Shown in pieces: positions 10,076-23,686 of a stretch of 64,000 nt of DNA. Where the stretch lies: assembly GCF_009914755.1 (NCBI RefSeq), contig NC_060938.1; one strand, 5' to 3'. Positions within the stretch are counted from its first letter, which is position 1. Every line of letters begins with the position of its first letter. Source of the stretch: the human T2T-CHM13v2.0 reference genome, Homo sapiens. Below the pieces are notes generated by a model. That model was not told the DNA's origin. It worked only from the letters and a program-made list of their open reading frames with translations, and searched no databases. The position numbers and the translations under genes were made by a program.

Positions 10076-12589
10076 GAGTAGTTGACCTGGCAGTGGTAAA
10101 ATTAGGGCCATTTCTAAGAATTCCCCCTTTCCATTTTCAGTGTCTTTCTCAATGACATATTAAAATGTTATTCATTTTGCCTGATGAGTGACAAGACACT
10201 GATAATTATGAAAGCATTATAGAAATTTTTGAAATGTTATGTAAAGACTAGGTGTTAACCTTCACAAATGTTATAATTTGCTAGGTCCCAAGGAGAAAGA
10301 AAACTCAAACACACTCTCAATGCCCACATGTAACATCCAGTTAGACAGCCAGTAAACAAGGCTGATTTTCAATTTATACAGGGAATTGAATTTTACAGCA
10401 TACAAGCTCTAACATGTTGTAAAAGGGGAAAGCTCACTCTCCCTTTAGAATCTGCCTCTTGCTGCATGAGAAAAGATTCTCTTAGCTTTCTAAAGGTACT
10501 GCTCCTGCTTTGGATTGGTGTCAAAAAAGGACCCTTGTACCTGGCTTTGTGCTGGGTACTATTCAGAGAAACTATACAGAATCTTTAACTTCCACCACGT
10601 TTCAGACTTAAATGGAAATGATTCCAACAAACCAGTGTAACTGAATATAGATAAAGTGTTCCTGCATGTGAACAAATGACTTGAATAATGAATATAATCC
10701 ACTGGGGAAACCCTTGGTATTATAAAATTTGGTTGGATTTTAATTCCCTGTCTCTCAGGAATCCCCATCAGGGAAAGAATCCAAAGTCATAATCCTTTTT
10801 TGCCCCAGGACATAGGCAATGCTAGTGCAATTGTTGCTTGGAGTTTTAACTAAGGCAAGAAGGTGTTCTAGAGAGTCAGAATAAGTAGAGATTCTATATT
10901 CATAGCAACACATTTTCCGATGTTGGTTTCTTTCCTTTCTTTTAAAGTTCAATCACAATGTATATTGTTTTAGCCATTTCTCTTGTCACTGATCTCTGCT
11001 ACATTATGAACTCAAATCTCCTACAGAAAATTTATTTCTTTCCTGTTTAATAAATCTTCCTACCCTATTCTAAACTATTAAATTTAAAATCTATTATTTT
11101 AGTGGGAGGTAAGGTCAAGAATGCTTTTAGGAAATTATTAAGGTCATTCGGGTATCACTTGATGTATTTTTATCCAGTTTCTAAATCTGTTTTTCTGATT
11201 TCACTCTCCCTTGGGGGGAAGGTTAATTTTATATAATAGCAACAAATAAGAATATTAAGAAGAAATATACTAAGAGAGTGGGCCTAGTTTTTTCCCTAAG
11301 CCTAACCGCATCGCCTTCTGCCTTATCTGACACTAATTTCCCTCTATCTAATCTTCTGTACTCTGTGTATTTTGCTCCTTTCCCAAGTATTTTCTGGCTT
11401 GCAACCATAATGGTGACACCCTAAGCTGTTCTACAAAACAGACTATATTTAAGGCTTGTAATATTTTGCCATCAATATTACTTTCTTTATAAAAGCATCC
11501 AGGGAAAGGAGAAGTGAAAAAATCCAATGCCTCTTACCATTTGTCTACTATAAAGTGACACTATAAAATAAACCTCACTCAAAATTTCTTGAGAAGATCT
11601 TGAAACTTTGATGATGATTTTTAAAATTTATTTAAGGAATTTTAAATCTCAATCATCTGAAAAGACCCAGTCTAAAAGCCATCTTCACTCGGTTCTTTAA
11701 GGTACTCTTCTCCTGATTTTCAGAAAGATGAAGGGGAGAGTCAGAAGAAATACTGGGCAAGAAAAAGAGTTTTGAAGGAGGAATACAATCATTCCCATGG
11801 AGTAAATGAGATTGTAATCATGTCATTGAACTGTAATAGATAGAACATCCTTCCAAATAAAAGTTAGCATATCACAAATGTGCACTAAATCATGCTAAGT
11901 CAATCATGCTAAGAAGAGGAAGAGTGTCCATACAGTAAGATATACCCAGTCATCATAATTAATGCCTGTGTCCTGTACTGGTGAAGGCAAGTTGTTTTCA
12001 TGTTACAACAATTAGGGATAAGATCACTTCTGAAACCGAATTGTTACAAGCAGTTATGTAGCTCATAGAGATGTTGCACTTTGAAAAAGAGTTAAAACAG
12101 AATTTAAACAGCACACTACAGGAACTGCTGAACTACTTTAAAGAAAATAATAATAATAGTTACTGTTGTATCTTAAGTAGAGTGAATTTGCAAGAGCATT
12201 TAATAAAAACAAAAATGTATGATTTGGATTACAGTAGTTTTATTTTACTTCTTGTTGCTTAATTTCCCAACTAGAATCAGAGATACGAAAGTCAAACATA
12301 ACATATTTAGCAAAAGACTAACCAAAACAAATGGATGCATAATTGGTAAATACATTTCAAAGAAAACACAAACTAAGGAAGTGATTTTGTCTTCTTTGGA
12401 TCCTGGAGTTTTCAACCATCAGTTGAAAGATGGATGGTTTAAAATGGGAACCATAGAATGAGGTCAGAAATAGGAAATGTTTGTTGTCACCTATAATCTG
12501 CCACAAATTGTCTGATCTGTCTAGCTTTAGATAGAAATTTCATTCACTTAGTTGTATTTTTTTCAGTTATTGGGGAGGAAACCAGAAGA

Positions 12590-14510
12590 AATGAGATAAG
12601 AATGATTCAAGGATGCGTTTAGAAGAAATGCTGAAAGTGTAACAAGTGCAGTTTGGAGACAGGAATGAATTTGTGTTTTATTTTGATTATAATTAAAAAA
12701 TCATCAGAAGACTTTAAACAAATATTTAAGATGATCTGATTTGTGTTTTAGAACTTTTGCTTTCCAGCTATAATATAGAGTGCAGAACACAGGACAGTTA
12801 GGATCTTCTGGAAAATGAGAGATCATGAGTCGTTTGCGCTAAGGTGGTAGCATCGAAGATGGTAAGAAGTGTTTGAACTCAGGTTACTCTTTGGAGGTGA
12901 CAACGGGGCTTAAAAAGAGATTGCAAGTTGGTATTTGGTAAAAAATTAGGAATCGAGTATGACTCCATATCACTGTATGTGGTGCCATTTGCTGGAGTTA
13001 AAGGCTCTAGGGTAGAAGTGGGGGCAGAAGCAAGTGTCTTTGCCATATTAACAATTAGATTCTTGGTAGAAATCCAACTAGCAGTAGTGAGTACACTGTT
13101 AAATTTGAGTTTAGCAATGGGAGCAAGATGTCCAGGCTGCAGTTGGATATTTGAGGATCAGTAAAATGTAGGTGGTATTAAAGCCCTGAAATAGTGTGAA
13201 ATGACCTGAGAGGAAGTATAAGATAGAGAAGAATTTAGAGAAGCCTAGCTCTGGGCCACTTAAAACCCAGCAAGATAGTATAAAAAGTTGACAAAGTATA
13301 AAGACATAGAAAAGTATCATGGAGATGAAAGTGGGCCAAGAGAAAAGGGAGGTCAGTGGTTTTTTATACTTTGTTTTCCTGTGGTTGGTATGAAGGCCTG
13401 TGTTTATATAAGCGGGGAAATTATCTGGTAGAGAAGGAAAAACTGATGGTGCAGGGAAGGCAAAATAAATTAAGTAATAAAGTCCTTCAGAAGTAGTGCG
13501 ATAAAACACAAAGAGCCAAAAGAGGAATTGGTTTATTTGTTTGGTAAGAAGGAGAAGCAGAAGAAAGAGAAAGAGGAGGGAAAGGAGAAGAATGAAAAGG
13601 AGAAGCAATTACATATTTTCTTTCTGATTCAGTGTCAAATCATAAATAATTCTTTCTTGATTGAATATACTTTTAAGTATGTGAATAAGTGATGTGCAGA
13701 GAATGAGAAAAAGAAGAGACCTAAAGTCTCTAGAAACAGAAGTTTTGGATATTGGAAGAAGCCAGAGAAAGCATGAGATTGTTGTTTCTGTAAGTGTGAA
13801 AATGAATTCACAGAGAAGGTAATGGAATATTCCGTCAGTAGCAATAGCTCTGTTGAGTCATGATCCTAAATTTAAAGTGGAATGACACAGTATGGTTGTA
13901 TGCTTTTTCTCCAGTAACACTCAGCTATCTGGATGCAGATGAAAAGTTAAGGAGAGAGTTGATTTTAGCTGGGACAGGATATTTGCCAGAAGAGAACAGA
14001 AATAGAGAGGCAGAGGAGGGAAGAGGCAGGAAGAGGAAGGCAGAAGAGGGCAGGAGAGGGCAGGGGGTGGGGGGCAGGGGAAGGGAGGGGAGGGGAGTAG
14101 AGGCAGTTAAAGTTATGGGCAAGGGAGTGGCTGTAATGTGGAAGCATGGAGCCTAGCCTGGAAAAATTAGAAAGTGAGTCCCTGGTAGGTTAATGGATAG
14201 ACAAAGAGTATTTAAACCCATGAATTTAATGTGGTAAGACGGTTAGACAACAGAATATTTGAAATTGTGGTTTCTAAGGTGATTAATTTGTTTATGGTTC
14301 TGATATTTAAAACATAAATGTGTGAGTTTGTTCTAAGGTAGAAAGAAAAGAAGATATAACGTGCTGAGAAGACAGGGACATTTTCATAAATGTTTTAGTC
14401 ACCAAGAATAATGACAGGAGGTGTAGTGTAGTAAATGAGAGTGAGCCAGGTGCCAGAGTCTTCAATGGACAGATTCCCATATACAAAAGGCATTTTGAGA
14501 GGTACGGTCT
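12590..14510 (-). mobile_element. Long degraded L2 remnant(s) with purine-rich low-complexity tracts
   Basis: Typical antisense L2 phrases (atgatctgatttgtgttttaga; gatatttgaggatcagta...aaagccctga); A/G tracts at 13550-13608 and 13985-14100. Confidence 0.5.
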
Positions 14511-14523
14511 GATGATGTGTGTG

Positions 14524-15042
14524 TGTGATGGCTAATATCGAGTGTCAGCTTGATTGGATTGAAAGATGCAAAGTATTGCTATTGGCTGTGTCTGTGAGGG
14601 TGTTGGCAGAGGAGGTTAACATCTGAGTCAGTGGACTAGGAGACACAGAGCCACCCTCAATCTGGGTGGACACAATCTAATCAGCTGCCAATGCAGCCGT
14701 AATAAAAAGCAGGCAGAAGAACATGGAAGGAATAGACTGGCTGAGGCTTCTGGCCTCTATCTTTCTCCCATGCTGGATGCTTCCTGTCCTTGAACATCAG
14801 ACTCCAGGCTCTTCAGCTTTGGGACTCTTGGACCTTCAACCACAGACTGAAGGCTGCACTGCCAGCTTCCCTACTTTTGAAGTTTTGGGACTTGGACTGG
14901 CTTCCTTGCTCCTCAGCTTGCAGACAACCTATTGTGGGACCTTATCTTGTGATCATGTGAGCCAATACTCCTTAATAAACTCCCTTTTATATATACATCT
15001 ATCCTATTAGTTCTGTCCCTCTAGAGAACCCTGACTAATACA
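14524..15042 (+). mobile_element. MLT2A (MLT2A2-like) solo LTR of HERV-L
   Basis: Termini TGTGATGGCTAATA and CTGACTAATACA; 5-bp TSD GTGTG at 14519-14523 and 15043-15047. Confidence 0.93.
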
Positions 15043-16159
15043 GTGTGACAATGAATGTGCCAATTCTGAAGAAGAAAAATAAATAATAAGGAACTCAACT
15101 TTCACACCACCAGACCCTGAGATTCTTGGGAGTGAGGTAGAGACACTTTTTGTAACACAAGAGAAGCACAGGGTCACTTCCTCAGAGTCATCACATATTT
15201 TTATCAAATAACATTATATGGCTAATGATTTCTCTCCTTCATCAGACTTCTTTCTGAATCATTTAGGTCATGTCTTCAAAAAATATTGATACAGATGTGT
15301 ATATTCAAAATAAGTGTACTCGCTGTCCAAAATTCCACGTGAAGCTAATCTAAATTAGTTTTAACATAAAATTTATTCAAATGAATGTAGACTGGCTTAG
15401 CAGAAGGTCGTGAACTTTAGAATCTTAAAAAACTGTGAGTGTATGTATTTTCATGCATTTTCTACCTACTTTTCCTTGTATAAATCACTAAATGCCTCTG
15501 AGTGTTGATCTGTCCACTTGAAAACTAGAAATTAATGGTATCTCTTTGCAGAACTTCTGTAAGGGTTAAAATTGTTTCTATCTAATAATTTGAATAATTT
15601 TATCACATATCAGGCTCTAAATAAGTAGTGATAATTATATTATTTTAAAAGGATATTACTTTATTATTTCATCATATATTATTACGTATGTATTAATTAT
15701 TTTTATTTTGTTTATATTGTGTAATTTTTATTTATTTTATTTATTGTTAAAAAATAATGTTGCTTAGCAGATGTATCTATTTTGTGTGAAAAACTGTAAC
15801 TTATTTTAATTTAAAAATTAATTTTCATTGATTTTGAAACTAGAAGTTAAAACATATCACGAGGTATTTACTAAGTTTTCTAATATAAAAATAATAAACA
15901 ATTTCCATAATATCTCAAATACAGAGATCTGATTTTATATTAAGAAAACAACATTCTTAAACTCATCACTTCTTAGATCCTAATAAAATATTCATTCCAA
16001 ATTTCTAATAAAAAAATTGTTCTCATTTCTTCTTAAAAAGTAATAGCTATGCATGTAATATAAGATGATGAACTAAGTAAAATTATAAACAACCACTTTC
16101 CTTCAGAATGTAGGAGTCATGGGCAACCAAATAGCAATGGAAATCATTTCAAATCTCTA

Positions 16160-16743
16160 TTAGATAGCATGGCAGCATAACAGATCACTCGAAAACTTAG
16201 CAGCTTAAAACAATAAACACATATCATACTCAGCCTCTGAGGGTCAGGAATCTGGGAGCAGCTTAGCTGAAAGATTCTGGCTTAGGGTCTTTCACCATGT
16301 TGCCAGCCAGGGTTATAGTTTTCTCGAGGCTCAACTGGAGGTAGAGGATCCACTTCCAAGCTCTCTCACTTAGTTCTTGGCAGGCCTCAATTCCTTACTG
16401 ACTTTTGGACAGAGACCCCTACTCCTCACTATGTGTGCCTCTCTACAGGCTACATTAGTTATATGGTAGCTGGCTTCCTCCAGGCAAATGATGAGTCAAG
16501 GAAGGAGATAGAAGGGGATATAGAGAGGGAAAGGGAGAAGAGAGAGAGGGAGGGAGATGCCCAAGATGGAAGCCAAGGCTTTATAGCATAACATTATAAG
16601 TGGCATATGATCATATGATCACTTTTGCTATGTTCTATGTGGCACACAGACTAATTCTAGTACAATGTGGAACAGACTAAGTAAGAGTGTGAATACCCAG
16701 GGGTGGGGGCCATGAGGAGCCAACTTGGATGCTGGCCAACACA
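16160..16743 (-). mobile_element. MLT1 (F-like) MaLR LTR
   Basis: aaaacttagcagcttaaaacaataaac...gggtcaggaatctgggagcagcttagctg...gtgtgaataccagggg. Confidence 0.8.
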
Positions 16744-17928
16744 AAATGTAAACTAACAAAGCCGTTCTACACTTACTTTTGAAAAAATAGGAGAAAAATT
16801 AGGGAATTTTCATTTGCTTGTCTCACTTTTGCAATGGAAATGGATGGAACTTTCCATCTCAAAGCAAACCAAACCTAGATTTATGTAAGTTGGATAGTCT
16901 TGTTGGGCTATTTAATTTGTTCTTTCAGAGTTTAAAAATGACAGGAAGATGACCTTTAGTCAAATATTTAGAAAGGCTAAACTAGACTATGGCTTTTAAA
17001 TTCAAGTTTCTCCCATTTAGTTGTGGATTTTGTCATGTAAAGGTAAATCAAAATGGCTCAAAAATGCCTCAATTTGCCTAATATTTGAATATTATTTCTA
17101 TTCTCTTGTTCTCCAATAATACTTTCAGTTCTTCCTCTTATCTTCTTAAAATGATCCATCCTTTTGTACATACTGTAGCCACAGTCTTTGGTGATAACAT
17201 GCAATGGTCATCAGCATTTCATAAATAATTCTTTTTAACTTCTAAAGTGTTTGAATTATCCTGAGAAGTTTAGATAGCAGCACAAAGAGGATTATAAGCT
17301 AGTGTTAGATGATAATAAACAAAGTTTTTTTAGAGCAGGAGTTCAGAGAGGTGAAATAAAACCACCAAATAACTTTATGAAATGAACAACTTTCACAAAG
17401 ATTTAACTTCTCTTCTTACTTGCTATATTTAGAACCTGCTCAAATATACAGAATTTGGTATCTGAGCTACTATTAAAAATTAGGCTTTTTTTTGCCTCCT
17501 ATATAAATACTCTTGAGAATGTACAATACATTCAACAAAATCCTATTTCATTTGATACTGAAACAAATGAAACTAATGATTGGCATTTATTTTGAACCCA
17601 TTTATACCTGCAGTTGTGTATGTGTAGTTTTAAGAAAAAATATCTTAAGCTCACAAAATTGAAAATGGAAATGAGACCTTTGGAATGAAATCCCTCAACT
17701 CCTTATTTCTTTTGTCAGTTGAAAATTATAAATATTTAGAATATTACTATTTTTTGTGCTGTTTCAGTGGTAAGATATGAAAGCACTAACTGACACTTTA
17801 GCTGAAATGAAACTTTTTTTAAGCACAGAATGCAAAAGAACATTGCTTTTGTGTAAATATGTAAACTTACAAATTTATTTGTAAAAAGAAACATAAAACA
17901 ATAACAAGTAAATTTTAACTTCAATGCT

Positions 17929-20900
17929 GGACTTCAAGATGGCTGACTAGAGGCATCTGGTACTTGGCCTTCTTCACAAAGAAGAATAAAAATATTGAGT
18001 AAATAATCACACTTTGAATAGATAATCTAAGAGAGAACACTGTGGTTCAACAGACAAGTAGCAGGAAATACCTAAGGCAAGGAAGGAGAGGGAAGTGAGG
18101 CAGGCTGCTTAACTGGATTAGCAGGGAGCCCAGAGAGGCTTCCAATGGGAGGAAGGATAAGAGACCCTCAGTGGTCCACATCTCCATGTGGACTTTTGCA
18201 GTCTTAACCATGGGAGAACCCCTCGACTCCTGTGGGCACTAAGACTAACATATGGAGCTGCCTGGAGACCTTGCAAAAGCATTGCTCCAGGGAGGGAGAT
18301 CACACTGAGTCCCATACATCTTCCAGGTCTTAAGCAATTAATTACAGCACAGTTCTATTGTGAGAACTCAGGCTCCATTAGATTGCATCCTGCAGTGAAG
18401 TCCAACAGCCCCTGCATCTCAACATCCCTGGATTGACATCCTTAACCTGTAGCCACTGCTACTGCTGACTGCTCCCATCATGGTCAAAGTGCAAGGCACT
18501 GGCAGTGACCTCACTTCTTCCAGTAGCAGAGCCACTGCACATTTACAGATGCCCAGAGGACAGGCTATCCTGCCTATAGCTGCCACCAGGAGCCCAAGCC
18601 TACATTCCTTGGCTGCCTGCCTATGGTTGATGCCACTAAAAGCAACTCCATCCTCTCCAGCAACAGGAACATGGTACAACTGATGATGATCCCACCTGAG
18701 CATTCCACCACTGGTCTGGGGATCACCTCACCCATTTCTGCAATAGCCAGCACCTGCACACACCACCGAGGAGCCTGAGGACAGGACCTCCCAGCCCAGC
18801 TCTACCTCCCCAATACCTAAGTATACCATCTATGAGCCTGGGGACTGCACATTCCCACCTACCATTATTGCACTTGAGCACTCCTACAGGGGCTTGAGGT
18901 TGGATCCACCTGACCTGCTGCAACCAATACAGCTGGCACCCACCTACATGTACCACCTGCAGGCCTGTAAGCTCCCCACCCAGCCCATCACAGCCACCAC
19001 CAACATCAGTGTGGACTGTTTGAGAACAGATTATCCCACCACTGCTATTGCCATTGCCCACACTACACATGCTGTCCAGGGGCCTAAGGCTTATTGCTCA
19101 CCCACCCAGCCCATTGTTGCCACTGTCAGCATGTGAACAAGTCATCTAGAGGGCCAATAATTGACCCACATGGAACTGCTAACACTGGCACCAGTGTACA
19201 TCACTGTGGGACCCAAGGACAAACATGTTCAGCCTTTTACTGCCACCATTGGGTCCAAGCACTGGTCAACCTGGCATCCCCATTCCCAGCAAAACTTCAC
19301 CACAGCCTCCACTAACAACTAAACTCTAAGCCATAGAGAAAACCACAGACATCACTGATCCCATTTATATCTGAAAAACTTATACAGAGATTACACTACT
19401 GCATGAACACAGAATCAAAGCCTAGTGCCCTACCCAGCCAACACCACAGATGCATTTTCATGAAAAAGTCCTCCTCTATGAAAGCATATTGAAAAACTTG
19501 GAAGAAGTGACTGTTTTAGCAGATAAACAGATATCAACGTAAGGGCACAAGAAACATTAAAAAGTAAGAAAATAATGATACCTCCAAAGAACACAGTAAT
19601 TCTTCAGCAACAGATTCCAATAAAAAAGAAATTTATTAAATTACAGAAAAATAATTCAATTAATATTAAAGTAGCTCAATGTGATACAAGGGATTACAGA
19701 TACACAATACAATGAAATCAGAAAAGCAATTCAGAATATGAAGAAGAAATTTACCAAGGGCTAGATTATTAAAAAGAAGCAAATAGAAATTTTGGAAATA
19801 AACAATTCACTGAATAAAATAATAAACAACACATTTGAAAGCTTCAACGATGGACTAGATCGAGTAGATGAAAAAATTTAGAACTTGAAGACAGATGTTT
19901 AGTAATAACCCAGTGAAACAAATATATATTTTTAAAAAATGGACAAAGCCCATGTGACACATAAGATAACATGAAGTTACCAAATATTTGAATTTTCAGT
20001 ATTCTAGAAGGCCAAGAGGAAATCAAAGTAATATAAAACCTATTTAATGACATTATACCTAAAAAAATCCTAAGTCTGGTAAGAGATTTAGTCAGCCAGC
20101 TACAGGAAGCTCAGAGACTTTGAAATAGAGACAATTCAACAATGTCTTTTCAAAGGAACAACAACAAAAATAAATAACAAAAATGTCTTCTCCAGAGCAC
20201 ATTATAGCCACACTATCAAAAGTCAAAGATAAAATAGCATTCTAAAAACAAGAGAAAGGCATCTAATCACTTGTAAGGGAGCTCCCATTATATTAACAGT
20301 GGATTTCTCAGCAGAAGCCTCACAGGATAGGAGAGAATAGGATAATATCTTCAAAATGCTGAAAGGAAAAAAAGAGACTGCCAGCCAAGGATAACATACC
20401 CAGCCCCCCAAAAAATATTATTTTTAAATGAAAGAGAAACAAAATCTTTCCCAGACAAGCAAAAGCTGAGAGAATTCATTACCACTATACTGGTGCTAGA
20501 AGAGATATTTAAAGGAATCCTAAACATGGAAACGAAAAGACAGTATCTACCATTATGAAAACATATGGAAGTATAAAACTCATTGGTACAGCAGATACAC
20601 AAATGGCAGTTAGAAATAAATTAAACATTCCCAGTACAGAAACAAAGATATCAAACCACAATGATAAATAATGAAAAAAAGAACTAAAGATTAAAAAGAA
20701 ATAAATTAAAATGACAGGAATAAGCCCTCACATATCAATAATAGCCTTGAGTGTAAATGCATTTCTGCTTGTAAGATATAGATGTTAAATAGATGTTTAA
20801 AAATCACCCAACTATATGCTGCTTTCAAGAAACTTGCCTGTAAAGATACATATAGACTGAAAGTAAAGGGCTGGAAAAAAAATTCCATGTAAATGGAAAA

Positions 20901-23686
20901 CAAAAGCAAACAGGAGTAGCTATACCTATATCAGATAAAGCAGACTTTAAGTAAAAAACAGTAAAATTAGGGTTATTATATAATGATAAAAAGATCAATT
21001 CAGCAAGAGGATATAACAACTCTAAAAATTTATACAGTCAACACCAGGGCACCCAGATTAATAAAGTAAATATGTCTCCAAAAAAGAAAATCTCAAGACC
21101 GAATATCTTTATTGCTGAATTGTAACAAACTTACAAATTCTTCTCAAACTATTCCAAAAAATTAAAGAGAATGAAATTCTCCCTAACTTATTCTATGAGG
21201 CCAGCACTACAGTGATACCAAAACCAGGCAAGGATGCAACAAAATAGAAAACTACAAGCCAATATTCCTGATGAACATAGTTACAAAAATCCTGAACAAA
21301 ATACCAGCAAACCAATGCAGCAGCACATCAGAAAGATAATACCCCATGATCAAGAGGGATTTATCCCACAGATTCAAAGATGATGTAACAAATACAAATC
21401 AATAAACATATCACATCAACAGAATAAAGAACAAAACACATATCATCATTTTAACAGACACAGAAAAAGCATTTGATAATATTCAACATACCCTTTGATG
21501 AAAACTCTCAACAAACTAAGCATAGAACAAACATACCTCAACATAATAAAGGCTATATATGACAAACTCACAGCTAACATCATACTGAGTGGGGAAAAGC
21601 TGAACTATCTTTTTCTCTAATGGCTCAAACAAGACAAAATGAAATTATCTTTTTTGGAAGATGACATAATCTTACATCTAAAAAAACCTAAAATCTCTAT
21701 AACAAAAACCTCTTAGATAAATAAATTTAGTAGCTTTAAGATACAAAATCAATATACAAAAATCAGTAGCATTTCTATACACAAATAATGAACTAGTTAA
21801 GAAAAAAATCAAGAAAACACTGCCATTTACAATAGCTACAAAAAATACTGAAAAATACAAGGAAACCTATAAAACACTGATGAAAGAAACTAAAGAGGAC
21901 ACAAACAAATAGAAAGGCATTTGATGCTCATGGATAGGAAGAATAATATATTTAAAGTGATCATATTACACAAAGGACTCAACAGATTCAATGCAATCCC
22001 TTTCAAAACACCAATGTCATTTTTCACAGAAATAGGAAAAATCCTAAGATTTATATGGAACAAAGAAAATGCCCAAACAGCTAAATTAATCCTGAACAAA
22101 AAGAACAAAGCTAGAGACATGACACTGCCTGATGTCAAGATATATACAAGCTTATTGTAATTCAAACAGCATGGCATTGGTGTAAAAACGGTCAAAGACC
22201 AATGGAACAGAATAAAGAAACTAGAAATAAATTCATATATTTATACCCAACTTATTTTTCATATCAAGAACATATATTGTGGACAAGAAACCTTCTTAAC
22301 TAAATGGTGTACAAAAATGTGAATATCCATATGCAGAAGAATGAAACTGGATGCCTGGCTCTCACCATATACAAAAATCAACTCAAGATGGATTAAAGAC
22401 TTAAACATAATATCTGAAACTATAAAACTACTAGAATCAAAAATAGAGGGAAACATTTCAGGACATCGGTTTAGGAAAAGATTTTATGGCTAAGATAAGA
22501 CATCAAAAGCACAGGCAAAAAGTAGACAAATTTTACTATATTAAACTAAAAAGTTTCTGGACAACGATGGAAATGATCAACAGAGTGAAGAGACAACCTG
22601 GTAAATCAGAGAAAGTATTTGTATACTCTTCATCTGGCTAGGGATGAATATCTGGAATATACAAAGGTCTCAAACAACTCATCAGTAAAAAATAAAAGTA
22701 AAAATAATCCCATTAAAAAGAGGTTAAAGGACATGATTAGATATTTCTCAAAAGAAGACATACAAATGACCAACAGGTATATGAAAATATGCTCAAAGTC
22801 ATTAATCAGGAAAATCCAAACCAAAACCAAAATGAGGTATCATCTTACTTCATTTAAAGTGGCTATCATTAAAAACAGATAAAAAATAATAGATGCTGTC
22901 AGGGATCCAGAATAAAGGGAACTCTTATATACTGTTTATAGGAATGTAAATTAATACAGTCTTTAGGAAAACAGTATGAAGATTTCTCATAAAAATTAAA
23001 AATATAACTACCATATTATCCAGCAATCCCACTACTGGATATTTTTCCAAAAGAAAGGAAATCAGTATATCAAAGAGCTACCTGCATCCCCATGTGTATT
23101 GCAGCACTATTCACAATAGTAAACATATGGAATTAACCTCAGTGTCCATCAATGGATAAATGCATAAAAAATGGTATATATTCACAATGGAACATTATTT
23201 GGCCATAAAAAAGAATAAAATCATGTCATTTGCATCAACTTGGATAGAACTGGAGGTCATATGTTAAGTAAAATAAGGCACAGAAAAACAAATATCACAT
23301 ATTCCTACTCATATGTGGGAGCTAAAAATTTGATCTCATGGAGGCAGAGTGTAGAATGATAGATACAAGAGGCTAGGAAGGGTGTTTGGGTGGTGAGGAG
23401 AATTAAGATAGTTTGGTTAATGGGTACAGACATATAGCTTGAAAGAAGACATAAGTTCTAATGTTTGATGGCAGAGTAGGGTACCATACTTAACAACACT
23501 ATTATATACATCCAAATGGCTAGAAGACTTGAAATTCTCCCAACATATAGAAATGATAAATACTCAGGGTGATGGATACCCTAAATTATCTGGCTTGATC
23601 CCTGATCATTACATATCCTATGCATGTAACAAAATAGCACATGTATCCCATAAATACGTACAAATATTGTTTATCAATTAAAAAAA
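17929..23686 (+). mobile_element. Near full-length old LINE-1 (L1MA4/4A-like 3' end), dead, with internal ORF2 deletions
   Basis: 5' CAAGATGGCTGACTAG, long GC-rich 5'UTR, decayed ORF1 (about 19.5-20.6 kb), ORF2 start MTGISPHISII at 20711, ORF2 C-terminal peptides (RFNAIPFK; MRYHLT), 3'UTR and A tail; diverged TSD aattttaacttcaatgct / gactttaatcctcagtgcct. Confidence 0.92.

Noticed and set aside
13111-14156. 165-aa hydrophobic ORF and 98-aa Gly/Arg-rich ORF
   Set aside because: They are translations of purine-rich low-complexity and L2 sequence.
18118-19315. GC-richer zone with many overlapping ORFs, suggesting a gene or CpG island
   Set aside because: It is the CpG-depleted 5'UTR of the old L1.
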